Source: Negativicutes bacterium
Lineage (GTDB): Bacteria; Bacillota; Negativicutes; UBA1444
Direction of reading: 5' to 3'
Assembly: GCA_963665275.2 (NCBI GenBank)
Contig: CAXXIN010000016.1
Coordinates: 224,001 to 288,000, forward strand
DNA: 64,000 nt
Under the pieces are notes generated by a model. It saw only the letters and a program-made list of their open reading frames with translations. It made no database searches and was not told where the DNA came from. Position numbers and translations under genes: made by a program. How positions within the stretch are numbered: the stretch's first letter is position 1; the number at the start of each line of letters is the position of its first letter. Positions 22,029 to 31,552 of this stretch are shown here, piece by piece.

Positions 22029-22310
22029 AATCGCCGGGATTGAACTAGCCCCGGAAGATTCTTTGAATCGCCGCGACCCTGGGTCAATCCATCCCGTTTT
22101 ATTTCATCGTCGCAGAAATGAGGAGAGAAGAAAAAAGTAAAGGGCAGAAACAGCACAAAAAATATTTTGATTGCTGTATTTTTACGCCGCGCTCAGGCAT
22201 TCAAGAAATAAATTTTAATATTAGCAGGGAATGGAAAAATGAAAGAGAATTCATGAGGTAAATTATTCTTGTTAATGTCGATTATTAAATTTATTGGAGG
22301 AAGATACTTT

Positions 22311-23810
22311 ATGGGAGCGAATTTTCGAATTTTACATTTTTCAGATTTGCATTTTTCTAATGGGCGTGATTGTCAGGCTAGTAATCACAGCCATTCCATA
22401 GATATGTGCTCTGCAATTTCTAGCTTTGTCAAAAACAATAATGATTTCGATAAAGTAATAATATCAGGAGATATCTCAGATGGTGGCGATAGAGAAAGTC
22501 TACTTACGGCCCATGACTGGATCATGCATGATATGGGTATAGGAGCCAAAGAACGGATTGGATTACGCTTAAATGATAATCCTCAAAAATTAGGAATAGT
22601 CCCAGGAAATCATGATGCTTGGAATAATAGATCGGGGGGAAAGCTGATAAGTCGGTGGCAAAAGTCATTGGAGAATTATAACAGTATTTTTTACTATACG
22701 CAGCTTGGATAAAGAGTTATCTTGTATATATGATTGGATCGAGAAAGATGGAGTAGGTGTCTTTATTGCATACGTAGATTCTTGCTATTTTGGTGACGAT
22801 GATAATAGTTTATCTGATGTTTCAGAAAGGGTCGCGAGAGGTAAATTGTCTTCTCAGCAGGCTAAAATTCTATTAAATTGGTATGATAGAGGACTTAAAG
22901 GTAAGTTGCAGAAGCCCAATGAAGAATTTATATCATCTAGCCTTTTCCGTTCAAGCTTGAAAATAGTAGTAATGCATCACTATCTTTTCGAACCGCAGGG
23001 GTTGAGTGAGGAAGGATATTTTTTAAAGATAAAAGATAAAAAAAATGTTTTTAGTAATATTGCTATGGCTGATTTTGACGTTTTGTTGTGTGGACACAGG
23101 CATATCGCTGATTCAAAAGAATCGAGCTATGGAGATCATTTCGACAGACGAGCAAGGAATCGTTATATGTTCAATTGCTTCCGTCGCTTAATGGGGATTG
23201 ATGCGTTGCCGTTACAATTTGATGACAAACAAGGAGTAAGATTAACTAAAAAATTATCGGCAGTGATCCAAATTTTATGGCGGAAGTTTAGGATGGAAAA
23301 GAGGCATAAAAACTTAGTGCAAAAATACCGCATGAGAATATAAACGATTGTTATACAGATGAATTAATTGAAGCTTTGAAGAAAGGGATTGCGAATCCAG
23401 CTGATTTTCGGCAGGAAATAAAGGAATGCTTTTTTCGACAGAGCGTTGAAATAACAGAAACTCTTGCAGATAGCGAACTTGAAGATTTGCAGATGCAATT
23501 ATATTCAAAATTTACTTCAGAAGAGAGAAAAAAATTGGCAAAAATGGCAGAAAAACTAAATAAATATATTAAGAAACTCAATTCACGACCATTCTTGCAA
23601 GTTATGGCAGGATCGGCAACGAAAGCGTCTCTTCGAAATGAAAGTGCTCGTTCTTTCAATGTATATGAAATTGATTATGATAAGATGGGCTTTAGGTTTT
23701 CAATTATACAATATGATTGGGAAGATAATAAGTTCAAAAATAGCAATACAAGAATTAATTTCAATTTTTTGGATAGCAGAAAACTTGTTTTGGAAGATGC
23801 GGAAGGCTAA
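22311..23810 (+). CDS. Calcineurin-like metallophosphoesterase, about 500 aa (two frameshifts)
   Basis: SDLH, SGDISD, PGNHD, MHH, LCGHRH and terminal AGSAT..SFNVYEI spread over ORFs 22269..22712, 22705..23343 and 23376..23810. Confidence 0.8.
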
Positions 23811-23919
23811 GATTATTGCACCAGACCAATTTGAATTGCGAAGACAAAGAGTTAAGAGGCTTTTCAGTAAAAGCAGTCCAAAGATTTGTCAGGGATTCAA
23901 ACATAACTACAGCGCTGCC

Positions 23920-24265
23920 CGCCAGCCCTCCCGCCCCTGGCACGTTTTTTTGCTGGCTACCGTAGCCGCTATCGGCCAAGGCGACAAGGGGAGGGCTCTT
24001 TTGCGACCGCCTGCGCAGTAGCTCGCATCATGGCACAATAACAAAGCGGCTAAAATTACGAAGAGGAAAAGCAAACTGCCTGCGGCATGAGCTTTTGCTC
24101 CTGTCTCGCGGCAGTTTTTCGTATTCCATCGTATTTTTTTTGAGCCCTCACTCGGTGTTTTTTCTATTTAATAAATTGCTGTTTCAAAGGCGGCGCGAGC
24201 GCTGAGAGGGAAGACCTCAGGCAAGAAAAAGGCGCTCTGGAGACCGCGCGCAGCGCCGCCATCAC
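23920..24265. other. GC-rich multi-hairpin non-coding element
   Basis: Three nested inverted-repeat blocks (23924-23996, 24057-24123, 24189-24260). Confidence 0.55.
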
Positions 24266-24290
24266 AGACAATCTTCCAGTGAAGGAATTA

Positions 24291-25379
24291 TTATTTCAGG
24301 GTAACACCATTTTCAGGCAGAAGCACATTGAGCATAAAATCTATATGTGCCATAACTGAATCATGAAATTGTTTCCAGTCACTCTTCATAAATTCGTTGC
24401 TCATCTCAAACACCTCGTTCGGTGTGTGCCTGATATCGTCCTTACCTAAAGCAATACTTTTCCATGATCCAGGCCCTGATGAAATATAGGGAATATTTAT
24501 TTTACCAAACCCGAACCAATCTTCACTCAACGCTTGCTGCCATAATTCGTGTCTTTTATCCGCATTGTAGTGCGCAAAGCGAAGAAATGAATCCTTGAAT
24601 GCATTATATACATAATCAGGTATAACCGGTATATTTCCGTTTACATCTGATGCTTGATAGCGTTTTAGCACTATCCATATATTGGACACTGCATCCATAA
24701 ATCGCTCTATATTATGGACTCGTCCCGATGAGTTTCCTTCTCTATCTATATATTCCCACTCTAAATAAGGAATATCTGGACAGTGCAATGCCGTCAAATG
24801 CCCCAATGGAAAACGATTCATGTTGGCCGAGATTAATCTATCTGCAATATCATCCAACGGAGAAACAATCTTCAAAAAGCTATTGCCGGACTCCGAATCA
24901 AAGATATCACGCAATACATTGAGAGGGCTTACTACACCCGCAAACCCTTGATGTGCCCATGTATCAGCATATGAATGCAAGGTGATCCCCAAACGGTGTA
25001 AACTCTTATTGCCATTATTTATGCACTCGGCTACCATTTTTTGTGCAATTTCACTGTTAGGTCTACAAATCATTCTTGCCCGATACTCATATTCAGTACC
25101 CGCAAACGATCCTGGGTTGTTGCCTGGCACGAAATGAAACGGCAACCATGTATGATTATTAACCGCCTCATCCAAATTTTCATAGAACTCTTTGTTATCT
25201 GTGCACGTGACTGATCTCATGTGATAGTATGACGGCGCATTTGAAAAATAAATGAATCCACCATGGGTAGCATCGTCAACGTATTGCGAACTGTATGCAA
25301 TGGTAAAAGCATCTTCATGAGAAAATTCAGCGTACCTCGCAAGAACGTAAATAACATCAAAATGAAAGTCCTTTTGCAT
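24291..25379 (-). CDS. DUF6765-like protein (putative Zn-dependent phospholipase C/P1-nuclease fold)
   Basis: MQKDFHF...SQYVDD, PFHF.P, LHSYADTWAHQGF, GH...PD.P. Confidence 0.7.
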   Translation of the reverse strand: MQKDFHFDVIYVLARYAEFSHEDAFTIAYSSQYVDDATHGGFIYFSNAPSYYHMRSVTCTDNKEFYENLDEAVNNHTWLPFHFVPGNNPGSFAGTEYEYRARMICRPNSEIAQKMVAECINNGNKSLHRLGITLHSYADTWAHQGFAGVVSPLNVLRDIFDSESGNSFLKIVSPLDDIADRLISANMNRFPLGHLTALHCPDIPYLEWEYIDREGNSSGRVHNIERFMDAVSNIWIVLKRYQASDVNGNIPVIPDYVYNAFKDSFLRFAHYNADKRHELWQQALSEDWFGFGKINIPYISSGPGSWKSIALGKDDIRHTPNEVFEMSNEFMKSDWKQFHDSVMAHIDFMLNVLLPENGVTLK

Positions 25380-25661
25380 TTAATTTGCTCCCTTCTATAT
25401 TATTTGGTATCCACCCTTGTCATTTTCGCTGTCTTTTGCTTCTTGGCTTCACTAGAGTCCATTAACATGTAGACAGTCAGTTAATTTATAAAAAAGACCT
25501 CAGTGAAAAACACTGAAGCCCAAAAGTCTTTTAGGTTTTCAACACAAGACACGCTGTTTCATTATCAAAACTCAATTTGATCTATAGAACACAATTGAAA
25601 ACACATGGGGGGGAACCGGCATTGCGATTCTACTCAGTGATAGCTTCAGCAGTTTTGCCCA

Positions 25662-26012
25662 TTACCCAACAATTTGCATAATAAAATCTTTCCATTTTGT
25701 AAAAGTCTCAATTAGGGTCGGAGTAGTATTAATCGTTTGCATTGCCGAACCAATTCCAGCAAGAATTCCATGAACGCTTAATTTATTGCACCCTTCAGAT
25801 TTTACTTGTTCGGCAACCTGTGTCACCGCCGAAGAAATCTCGTTTTTCTTTTCACCTGGAGCGTTAGCAGATTGTATTATTTTGAGAAGCTCTTGCGTAA
25901 TATCTATCAGTTGCTGCTCTTGTCTATTATCGTTTATAACATTATCAGAGCCCAAACTCATATTTCCTTTGTTGCCGGTAACTGTTACTCCACCGAAATT
26001 ATTATTTGTCAT
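25662..26012 (-). CDS. Hypothetical protein: Gly/Asn-rich N-terminus plus helical bundle (frame open upstream to the A9 run at 26162-26170)
   Basis: Probable start MTNNNFGG with a GGGGG RBS; alternative GTG start at 26135 overlaps the upstream stop. Confidence 0.7.
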   Translation of the reverse strand: MTNNNFGGVTVTGNKGNMSLGSDNVINDNRQEQQLIDITQELLKIIQSANAPGEKKNEISSAVTQVAEQVKSEGCNKLSVHGILAGIGSAMQTINTTPTLIETFTKWKDFIMQIVG

Positions 26013-26131
26013 AGCACAACCCCCAACCGCCGCAACCGGGCCATTAATAATAATCTGAACTCCGGGAAACCCTGCTAAGGTACGGACAACTCCATCAGAC
26101 AGTAACTCTGGGCAAGTGATCGGTACTGGAC

Positions 26132-26527
26132 TCACATCTGCAAAAGATTGGCCATTGGATGTTTTTTTTTACCCCCTTGTCCCGCCTGTTGTACTAACCG
26201 CTCTTTATAATCACGACAAACCTCGAAAACTGGAAATACAAGCTCGCCGGTTACGTCAATATCTTCACCACAAGCACATTCCATCACGATATCCGATAAA
26301 GACGGCATGCAATCAACGATTTCAACCGTCCGTGCACATCCGTCTCGTGGGCATCTTATCTCCCAGCGCAATTGAAGTTTACCATCTTTAGCAAGCTTCA
26401 ATAACCGTTCAAAGACATCAGACAAAGGTAAACCCGTAAGTTTAGCCACATACGTCGGATAGAAACGAACAATTCTTGACGCAGCAATATCATCAACAGC
26501 ATCATCGATATCCCACTGTATTGTCAT
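26132..26527 (-). CDS. Hypothetical protein: winged-helix-like N-terminus plus Zn ribbon
   Basis: RFYP..VAK.TG.PL..VF..L; CP..GC and C.CG; GGAGGTGA RBS. Confidence 0.8.
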   Translation of the reverse strand: MTIQWDIDDAVDDIAASRIVRFYPTYVAKLTGLPLSDVFERLLKLAKDGKLQLRWEIRCPRDGCARTVEIVDCMPSLSDIVMECACGEDIDVTGELVFPVFEVCRDYKERLVQQAGQGGKKKHPMANLLQM

Positions 26528-26558
26528 TCACGGTCACCTCCGATGCACAATTTTCCCA

Positions 26559-27650
26559 TTATAAAATTATAACATTTTCCCGGACATACTTAACCGCTTT
26601 TTCAGTTGCTGACGTAAGAAATTGAATGCTATTTGTTGTAACCCCAACTCGAATCGTACAGTTTTCTGCAAACGGAATTTCGCCAATCGAAAAATTGATG
26701 TATCCGCCTTGTTGTTGCACGTGTGGCTTTAAATAATTAAAGAAAGCATGGTCTCGTAAATCGCTTTTACCCCCAAGGCCAACTTTTTCGAGCCCACTTA
26801 AAAACATTGTGGTAAATAATGTCCCCTGCGCTAAATCCAATTCCTGTTTTGCGGCTTGAAGGTTTCCTTCTAAAGAACGAATATCATCATCAAGAAAATA
26901 GGCATCAATTGCTGTAATGATCGCAATCAGATTTTTTGTTTCCTGGCCAGAAATATCTCCAATATTTGTTTCTGGCTTTGAAGTCGATTCGGTAAGTATT
27001 CCACCCAGCTTGTCTGCAATTGCACCAATATTCTTTCCATCTTTATCAACAATGTTCCGGGGGGTTATTGCAGTGTGTTGTTCAATCATTCCTGCTATCG
27101 TTGAGGCAAATTTTTTTGCAGAATTTGCCTCCGTTCTTATTTCAATGCAATTACTATCTTCATTCATATATACGGTTACAACTTTGGTAATCGGAATCAC
27201 TTCTCGCTGACTTCCAGAGAATTTGTTTATCGTCCCGATTTTATGAACAAACCGCAAATAATATTCTTCTTTTGACTGCCCCTCAATTGCCGATATCAAT
27301 ATTGGACTTTCAGTTATTTTTCCGGTGTCCGGCATCACTGCCTTTGAGAAAGGATTGAAGCGGGCTTTAGCCAATATTTTTTCTCTTGATCCCTTTAATG
27401 TTGCTCCGCCTTCGAGGTAATACCAAGTAACTGAGGTTTTCCCGCACAACGCCATTTCTTCATATTCTTTTAGGACAGCCTCTTTTCTATTTTTGTTTTC
27501 GCGAAGGAAGGCCCATATCCGCCCGCTCAATTCGGACTGCAAACCCTTTGGAGACAATTTTAATTCATTGCATATATCGACAAGGCTCTTTTTTGATAGG
27601 CGCTGCAAATCACTTTCGAGAATAGCCTCGGCTATTTTCAACAGAATCAA
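26559..27650 (-). CDS. Hypothetical protein with N-terminal SAP-like DNA-binding motif
   Basis: 363 aa; LSKKSLVDICNELKLSPKGLQSELSGRI fits the SAP pattern; AGGAG RBS. Confidence 0.75.
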   Translation of the reverse strand: MILLKIAEAILESDLQRLSKKSLVDICNELKLSPKGLQSELSGRIWAFLRENKNRKEAVLKEYEEMALCGKTSVTWYYLEGGATLKGSREKILAKARFNPFSKAVMPDTGKITESPILISAIEGQSKEEYYLRFVHKIGTINKFSGSQREVIPITKVVTVYMNEDSNCIEIRTEANSAKKFASTIAGMIEQHTAITPRNIVDKDGKNIGAIADKLGGILTESTSKPETNIGDISGQETKNLIAIITAIDAYFLDDDIRSLEGNLQAAKQELDLAQGTLFTTMFLSGLEKVGLGGKSDLRDHAFFNYLKPHVQQQGGYINFSIGEIPFAENCTIRVGVTTNSIQFLTSATEKAVKYVRENVIIL

Positions 27651-27852
27651 CTCCTGGTTATTTAATTTCCATTCATACTTTTCGTTTTCGTCTTATGATT
27701 TTCATTTATTTTCAAAAAATTATATTACATCAGATTATCCTTGCAGGAGGCGACACATGTATAGCCTACCGAGGCGATCCCGCAGGGTAAATCCTCTCGC
27801 GCTTCGCCACCCAGAGCAGATTGTATCAGGGTGTTTCCCTGTATTTTTTTGA

Positions 27853-27896
27853 TTTTCGCCACCATCAAAAAGTTCACAATTTGTTCGCTTTACATG
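27853..27896 (+). repeat. About 45-bp imperfect direct repeat, copy 1
   Basis: TTTTCGCCACCATCAAAAAGTTCACAATTTGTTCGCTTTACATG, preceded by a hairpin and T run. Confidence 0.8.
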
Positions 27897-27922
27897 GGGT
27901 GTCTCATCGACCATGATCAATC

Positions 27923-29125
27923 TTATGGCACGATTTTTATTATCAGATCTGTCGTCTTAACCCATGCATATACCCTGTTATCGCCTCGAATAAAATCTGA
28001 AGAGGTTTTTAATTTCTCAAGAGAATTTAGGGATTTCAGCAGGTTAGTTAGATGGTAGGTATTCTCAGGACTTTCTTCAGAGCTTTCTCGGAGCTGGCTT
28101 TCGATGGTGTTTTTGAGCGTTTGTTCAAGCCACACATAATCTTTCATTTTTATTTTTTCCATAGCGGCAACAAAGATTGCCTGTTTGTCATCAGTATGTC
28201 CCAGTTGATACACCACACCTCTTATTATTGCCATATAACGAATATAGGGCGGAAGGCCAATGTTGCTGCTAACTTGAAAGCAATAAAACGAGGCCTTAAA
28301 ATAGTTAGGGGGGGATTGATTTAAAGCAGCGTCAATTTCTTTTTTGGCGGAGCTAGCTTCGTAAATTGCAAATGCCTTGGGGAAGCTTGGAGAAACGCAG
28401 ATTAATTGTTGTGCTGTAATGAAAATAATAATTGAATAGGTTACTATCTTAATTATTATTTTGGGTTTAATTACGGTTTGTAGCTGTAGCCCGATGCAAA
28501 ATACTCTTGTCCATAGTATCAAAGAAACCATATAGAAAAGCATCTTAACAAATAATAATGGGCCGAAGTACCTAATAAGTGCGAAAATGAATGTGCTTAC
28601 TAAATCATCTTGGGACATTGATTGGTCGGGGTTGAGAAGCGGTTTTTCGAAGAGCCAATGTTCAATAGGGCTATAAATAAAGCTGTCTAGAAACGTCAAG
28701 GGAACAAGCAATCCGCTAGCGTAGAAGAATGATCTAAAAAGTTTCTGGTATTGCCACTGCCATTTTACCAATCTCCGACTCACAAGTTGCAGTATAAGTA
28801 TAAAAATAATAAAACCAGCAAAGAACAATAAAGGCTCAAAGAACAGCGTGTCCAGAGTAATAGGGGTCTTAATAGTTATAGCGGACAAGGTGTCCTTTAT
28901 TTTTTCGGTTTTTATAAAAGAACTCACAGCAGAAGAAAAAATGACATTTAAAACAAAGAAAAAAACAGGCGTAACAACATAGAAAGAAGGGTTGTTCAAA
29001 AGAAACTGCAGGGTCTTTTGTGGGGAAAAAGTTATTCTCTTGATTAAGATACAATAATCGATGATAGCTTGAATAAGCACTTCTGTTTTCTTAAGAATTC
29101 GATCTTCATAGGACACGCGATACAC
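27923..29125 (-). CDS. Hypothetical multi-TM membrane protein (Yip1-like N-terminal half, soluble C-terminus)
   Basis: 400 aa; about five hydrophobic helices followed by a helical soluble domain. Confidence 0.7.
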   Translation of the reverse strand: MYRVSYEDRILKKTEVLIQAIIDYCILIKRITFSPQKTLQFLLNNPSFYVVTPVFFFVLNVIFSSAVSSFIKTEKIKDTLSAITIKTPITLDTLFFEPLLFFAGFIIFILILQLVSRRLVKWQWQYQKLFRSFFYASGLLVPLTFLDSFIYSPIEHWLFEKPLLNPDQSMSQDDLVSTFIFALIRYFGPLLFVKMLFYMVSLILWTRVFCIGLQLQTVIKPKIIIKIVTYSIIIFITAQQLICVSPSFPKAFAIYEASSAKKEIDAALNQSPPNYFKASFYCFQVSSNIGLPPYIRYMAIIRGVVYQLGHTDDKQAIFVAAMEKIKMKDYVWLEQTLKNTIESQLRESSEESPENTYHLTNLLKSLNSLEKLKTSSDFIRGDNRVYAWVKTTDLIIKIVP

Positions 29126-29148
29126 CTCTCTGAAATTGATTTGTTTCT

Positions 29149-30423
29149 TTAATTATTGGGATAGGGAAGTATTTTATAATAATGTACAGGCAAATACTTC
29201 TCAATCTTTTTGAGAAAATCTAAGTAGGAGAAAGTTGCATTTGTTACCTCAATATGACTATCAAGCATTTTGCTGAAGTCATTATTCATTTTTATTTTTA
29301 ATTCATGTATATCTATTTGATGTTCATTTATTACTATTTTTCTTACTAGCTGCATTACTTTAGTAGCATCACTTGTAGGAGCTTCGAGGCTTTTACGCTT
29401 TGTAATTGATAGGTTTTCATAATCTAAGGAAGAGATGATAGTCAGTGTTTTATCATAATCATCTAGGAAATCGTTATATTGAGTATATGTTTCTATATTC
29501 TTATGAAGGAAATATCTATTTTTATTAAACATAGATTGATTAAGCTTCTTCTCTAACTTGTCGATATTTTTGCCTACCTTGGAGTTTTCCTTTTCTTTGT
29601 CCAACTTCCACATATATAAAAGTTGTTGTATTCTATTCGTAGCAAGAAAAAACTCCGCTTCACTTGAAATAGATGGTTCGCTTTTAATATAGGAGAGAAT
29701 TGAATTAACTGGTTCCTCAATTTGCTTATATTTTGAATGAGCAGAATTCACTATTGCGTTTGCATTATTGGTCTCATTGAAACATTCTAAGGTATAGAAC
29801 TCTGATGCGATTGGGTCTTCAAAAGCCATCAGTATATGTTTGGGGATATGAATATTTATATCGAAGTATGAAACCATAAATACAAGGACTATTCCAGTTG
29901 CTACAATCGTTAATCCACTAAGTACTTGCTTAAGCCTACTTTGAAAAAATAGCAAAACAAACTTGCCGACAAGAAAGAAAATAAAAACAATGATTGACAC
30001 TTCATATAAGAAATAAAAGAAATAACTTTCAGTATGAATGAAAGCTGATAACATAAGCAGCGGGATACTTCCGGTTATTGTCTGTTGGAAAACTACATAA
30101 TTCAAGCACACTTTTATCTTATTACCAAAATTTGAAAACAACATGGCTATAAGATACCCGAGCGACATAATCGGTAATTGAAACAATAGTAATCGTGCAT
30201 TAGCAATCAAGGAGTAGTCAAACGTAGGATTTTCAGATAAGAAGTATGTTTGTATTATGATAAAAAAAGCTATATATATGATTAATCTGTATGCATTAGC
30301 AATGAAGTTCTCATGTATTATTTTTTCAAAATACTTATTTCCATCCAGATAAAAAAGCAAGACATCATGTATAAATTTATTAACTTCAGCGAGGAGCTCA
30401 CGTGTTATTTTAAAAAAATCCAT
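29149..30423 (-). CDS. Hypothetical multi-TM membrane protein with coiled-coil C-terminus
   Basis: 424 aa; about five TM helices then a Lys/Asn-rich helical region; very AT-rich. Confidence 0.7.
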   Translation of the reverse strand: MDFFKITRELLAEVNKFIHDVLLFYLDGNKYFEKIIHENFIANAYRLIIYIAFFIIIQTYFLSENPTFDYSLIANARLLLFQLPIMSLGYLIAMLFSNFGNKIKVCLNYVVFQQTITGSIPLLMLSAFIHTESYFFYFLYEVSIIVFIFFLVGKFVLLFFQSRLKQVLSGLTIVATGIVLVFMVSYFDINIHIPKHILMAFEDPIASEFYTLECFNETNNANAIVNSAHSKYKQIEEPVNSILSYIKSEPSISSEAEFFLATNRIQQLLYMWKLDKEKENSKVGKNIDKLEKKLNQSMFNKNRYFLHKNIETYTQYNDFLDDYDKTLTIISSLDYENLSITKRKSLEAPTSDATKVMQLVRKIVINEHQIDIHELKIKMNNDFSKMLDSHIEVTNATFSYLDFLKKIEKYLPVHYYKILPYPNN

Positions 30424-30702
30424 ACTTTCCCCCTACTCACAATCTTTCAATATATTGTCTTGTTGCAATTATTATAAAAGATTCCGATTCCTGATTTTGA
30501 AAATCGTCAAGCTATATAGTTCTGTCAATTCACAAAATAACCTGCAATTTGTCCAATGAGTCGCAATTTTTTTGTTTTCTATGCCACCAGTTTCGTGAAA
30601 AATAGAAACGCCTTAAAACGGGGTTCGCAGAATCCGTTTTAAGGCCTGTTAAATAGCTTCCGAATGTTAAAGTACCGGGCAGTTTGCCCGGTGCTTTTCT
30701 GG

Positions 30703-30747
30703 TTTTCGCCACCATCAATAATTTAACAATTTGTTCGCTGTCACATG
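30703..30747 (+). repeat. About 45-bp imperfect direct repeat, copy 2
   Basis: TTTTCGCCACCATCAATAATTTAACAATTTGTTCGCTGTCACATG, preceded by a hairpin and T run. Confidence 0.8.
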
Positions 30748-30762
30748 ATGCAATCCATCAGC

Positions 30763-30789
30763 TATACTACAAATACAAACGTACGTTCG
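30763..30789 (+). promoter_or_regulatory. LexA/DinR SOS box downstream of a -10 element
   Basis: CAAACGTACGTTCG (30776-30789) has one mismatch to CGAACRNRYGTTCG; TATACT at 30763. Confidence 0.8.
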
Positions 30790-30819
30790 ATTAACGACGC
30801 AATAAGCGTGGGGGGAAAG

Positions 30820-30879
30820 GTGCGGACTATTCTGCATTGTGACTTGAATAATTTTTACGCCGTATCTTTTTTCAGATGA
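30820..30879 (+). pseudogene. dinB: First 14 codons of a Y-family DNA polymerase (DinB/UmuC)
   Basis: GTG start, then RTILHCDLNNFYA (Y-family motif I), five unrelated codons and a stop. Confidence 0.85.
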
Positions 30880-30905
30880 GCGGAAACGAGAGGAGACAGG
30901 TTGCA

Positions 30906-31538
30906 ATGAAAACGGTTTATATCTATGTGCAGGACACATTGGCGGATTGGGAAGCCGGTTACGCCATGGCGGAGCTTCATTCCGGCCGCTTTTTTCGGCT
31001 GGCGGCGGCGCCTTTGCGCCTAAAGACCTGCGCTCTGTCACGGGAACTGGTAACGACGATGGGAGGACTGCGGCTTTTACCGGACCTTACTGTCGACGAA
31101 ATTTGCCTGATCGATGCAGCCATGCTGATCCTGCCCGGGGGAGACGGCTGGCTGAATCTGCAAAACGAAATGATTTTGGAAAAAGCTGCGGCTTTTTTGG
31201 CCGCCGAAATTCCGGTGGCGGCGATCTGCGCGGCGACAGTGGCTCTGGGACGGGTCGGCCTGCTCAACCACCATCGCCACACAAGCAACGATTTGGAGTT
31301 TCTGCGAATGGCCTGCGGCGATTCTTACATCGGATCGGCTCTGTACGTAAAGCAGCCAGCCGTGATGGACGGCAATCTGATTACCGCTGCCGGGACTGCG
31401 CCGTTGGAGTTTGCTTGCCGGATTTTTGAGCGGCTGGATGTGTTTTCCCCGGCGACACTGGATGCCTGGTACTTGCTGCACAAGGAAAAGCAGCCGGAGT
31501 ATTACGATGTGCTGGTGGCGTCACTGCCGCTGCGCTGA
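30906..31538 (+). CDS. DJ-1/PfpI family (type 1 GATase-like, YdeA-like) protein
   Basis: ADWE, LILPGG, AAICAA, LITA.G. Confidence 0.92.
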   Translation: MKTVYIYVQDTLADWEAGYAMAELHSGRFFRLAAAPLRLKTCALSRELVTTMGGLRLLPDLTVDEICLIDAAMLILPGGDGWLNLQNEMILEKAAAFLAAEIPVAAICAATVALGRVGLLNHHRHTSNDLEFLRMACGDSYIGSALYVKQPAVMDGNLITAAGTAPLEFACRIFERLDVFSPATLDAWYLLHKEKQPEYYDVLVASLPLR

Positions 31539-31552
31539 GGGGGCGAGCGAAG

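Noticed and set aside
24205-24250. Glycine-riboswitch-like words CTCAGGCAA...CTCTGGAGA
   Set aside because: The conserved GCCGAAG core is missing and there is no downstream gene on that strand.
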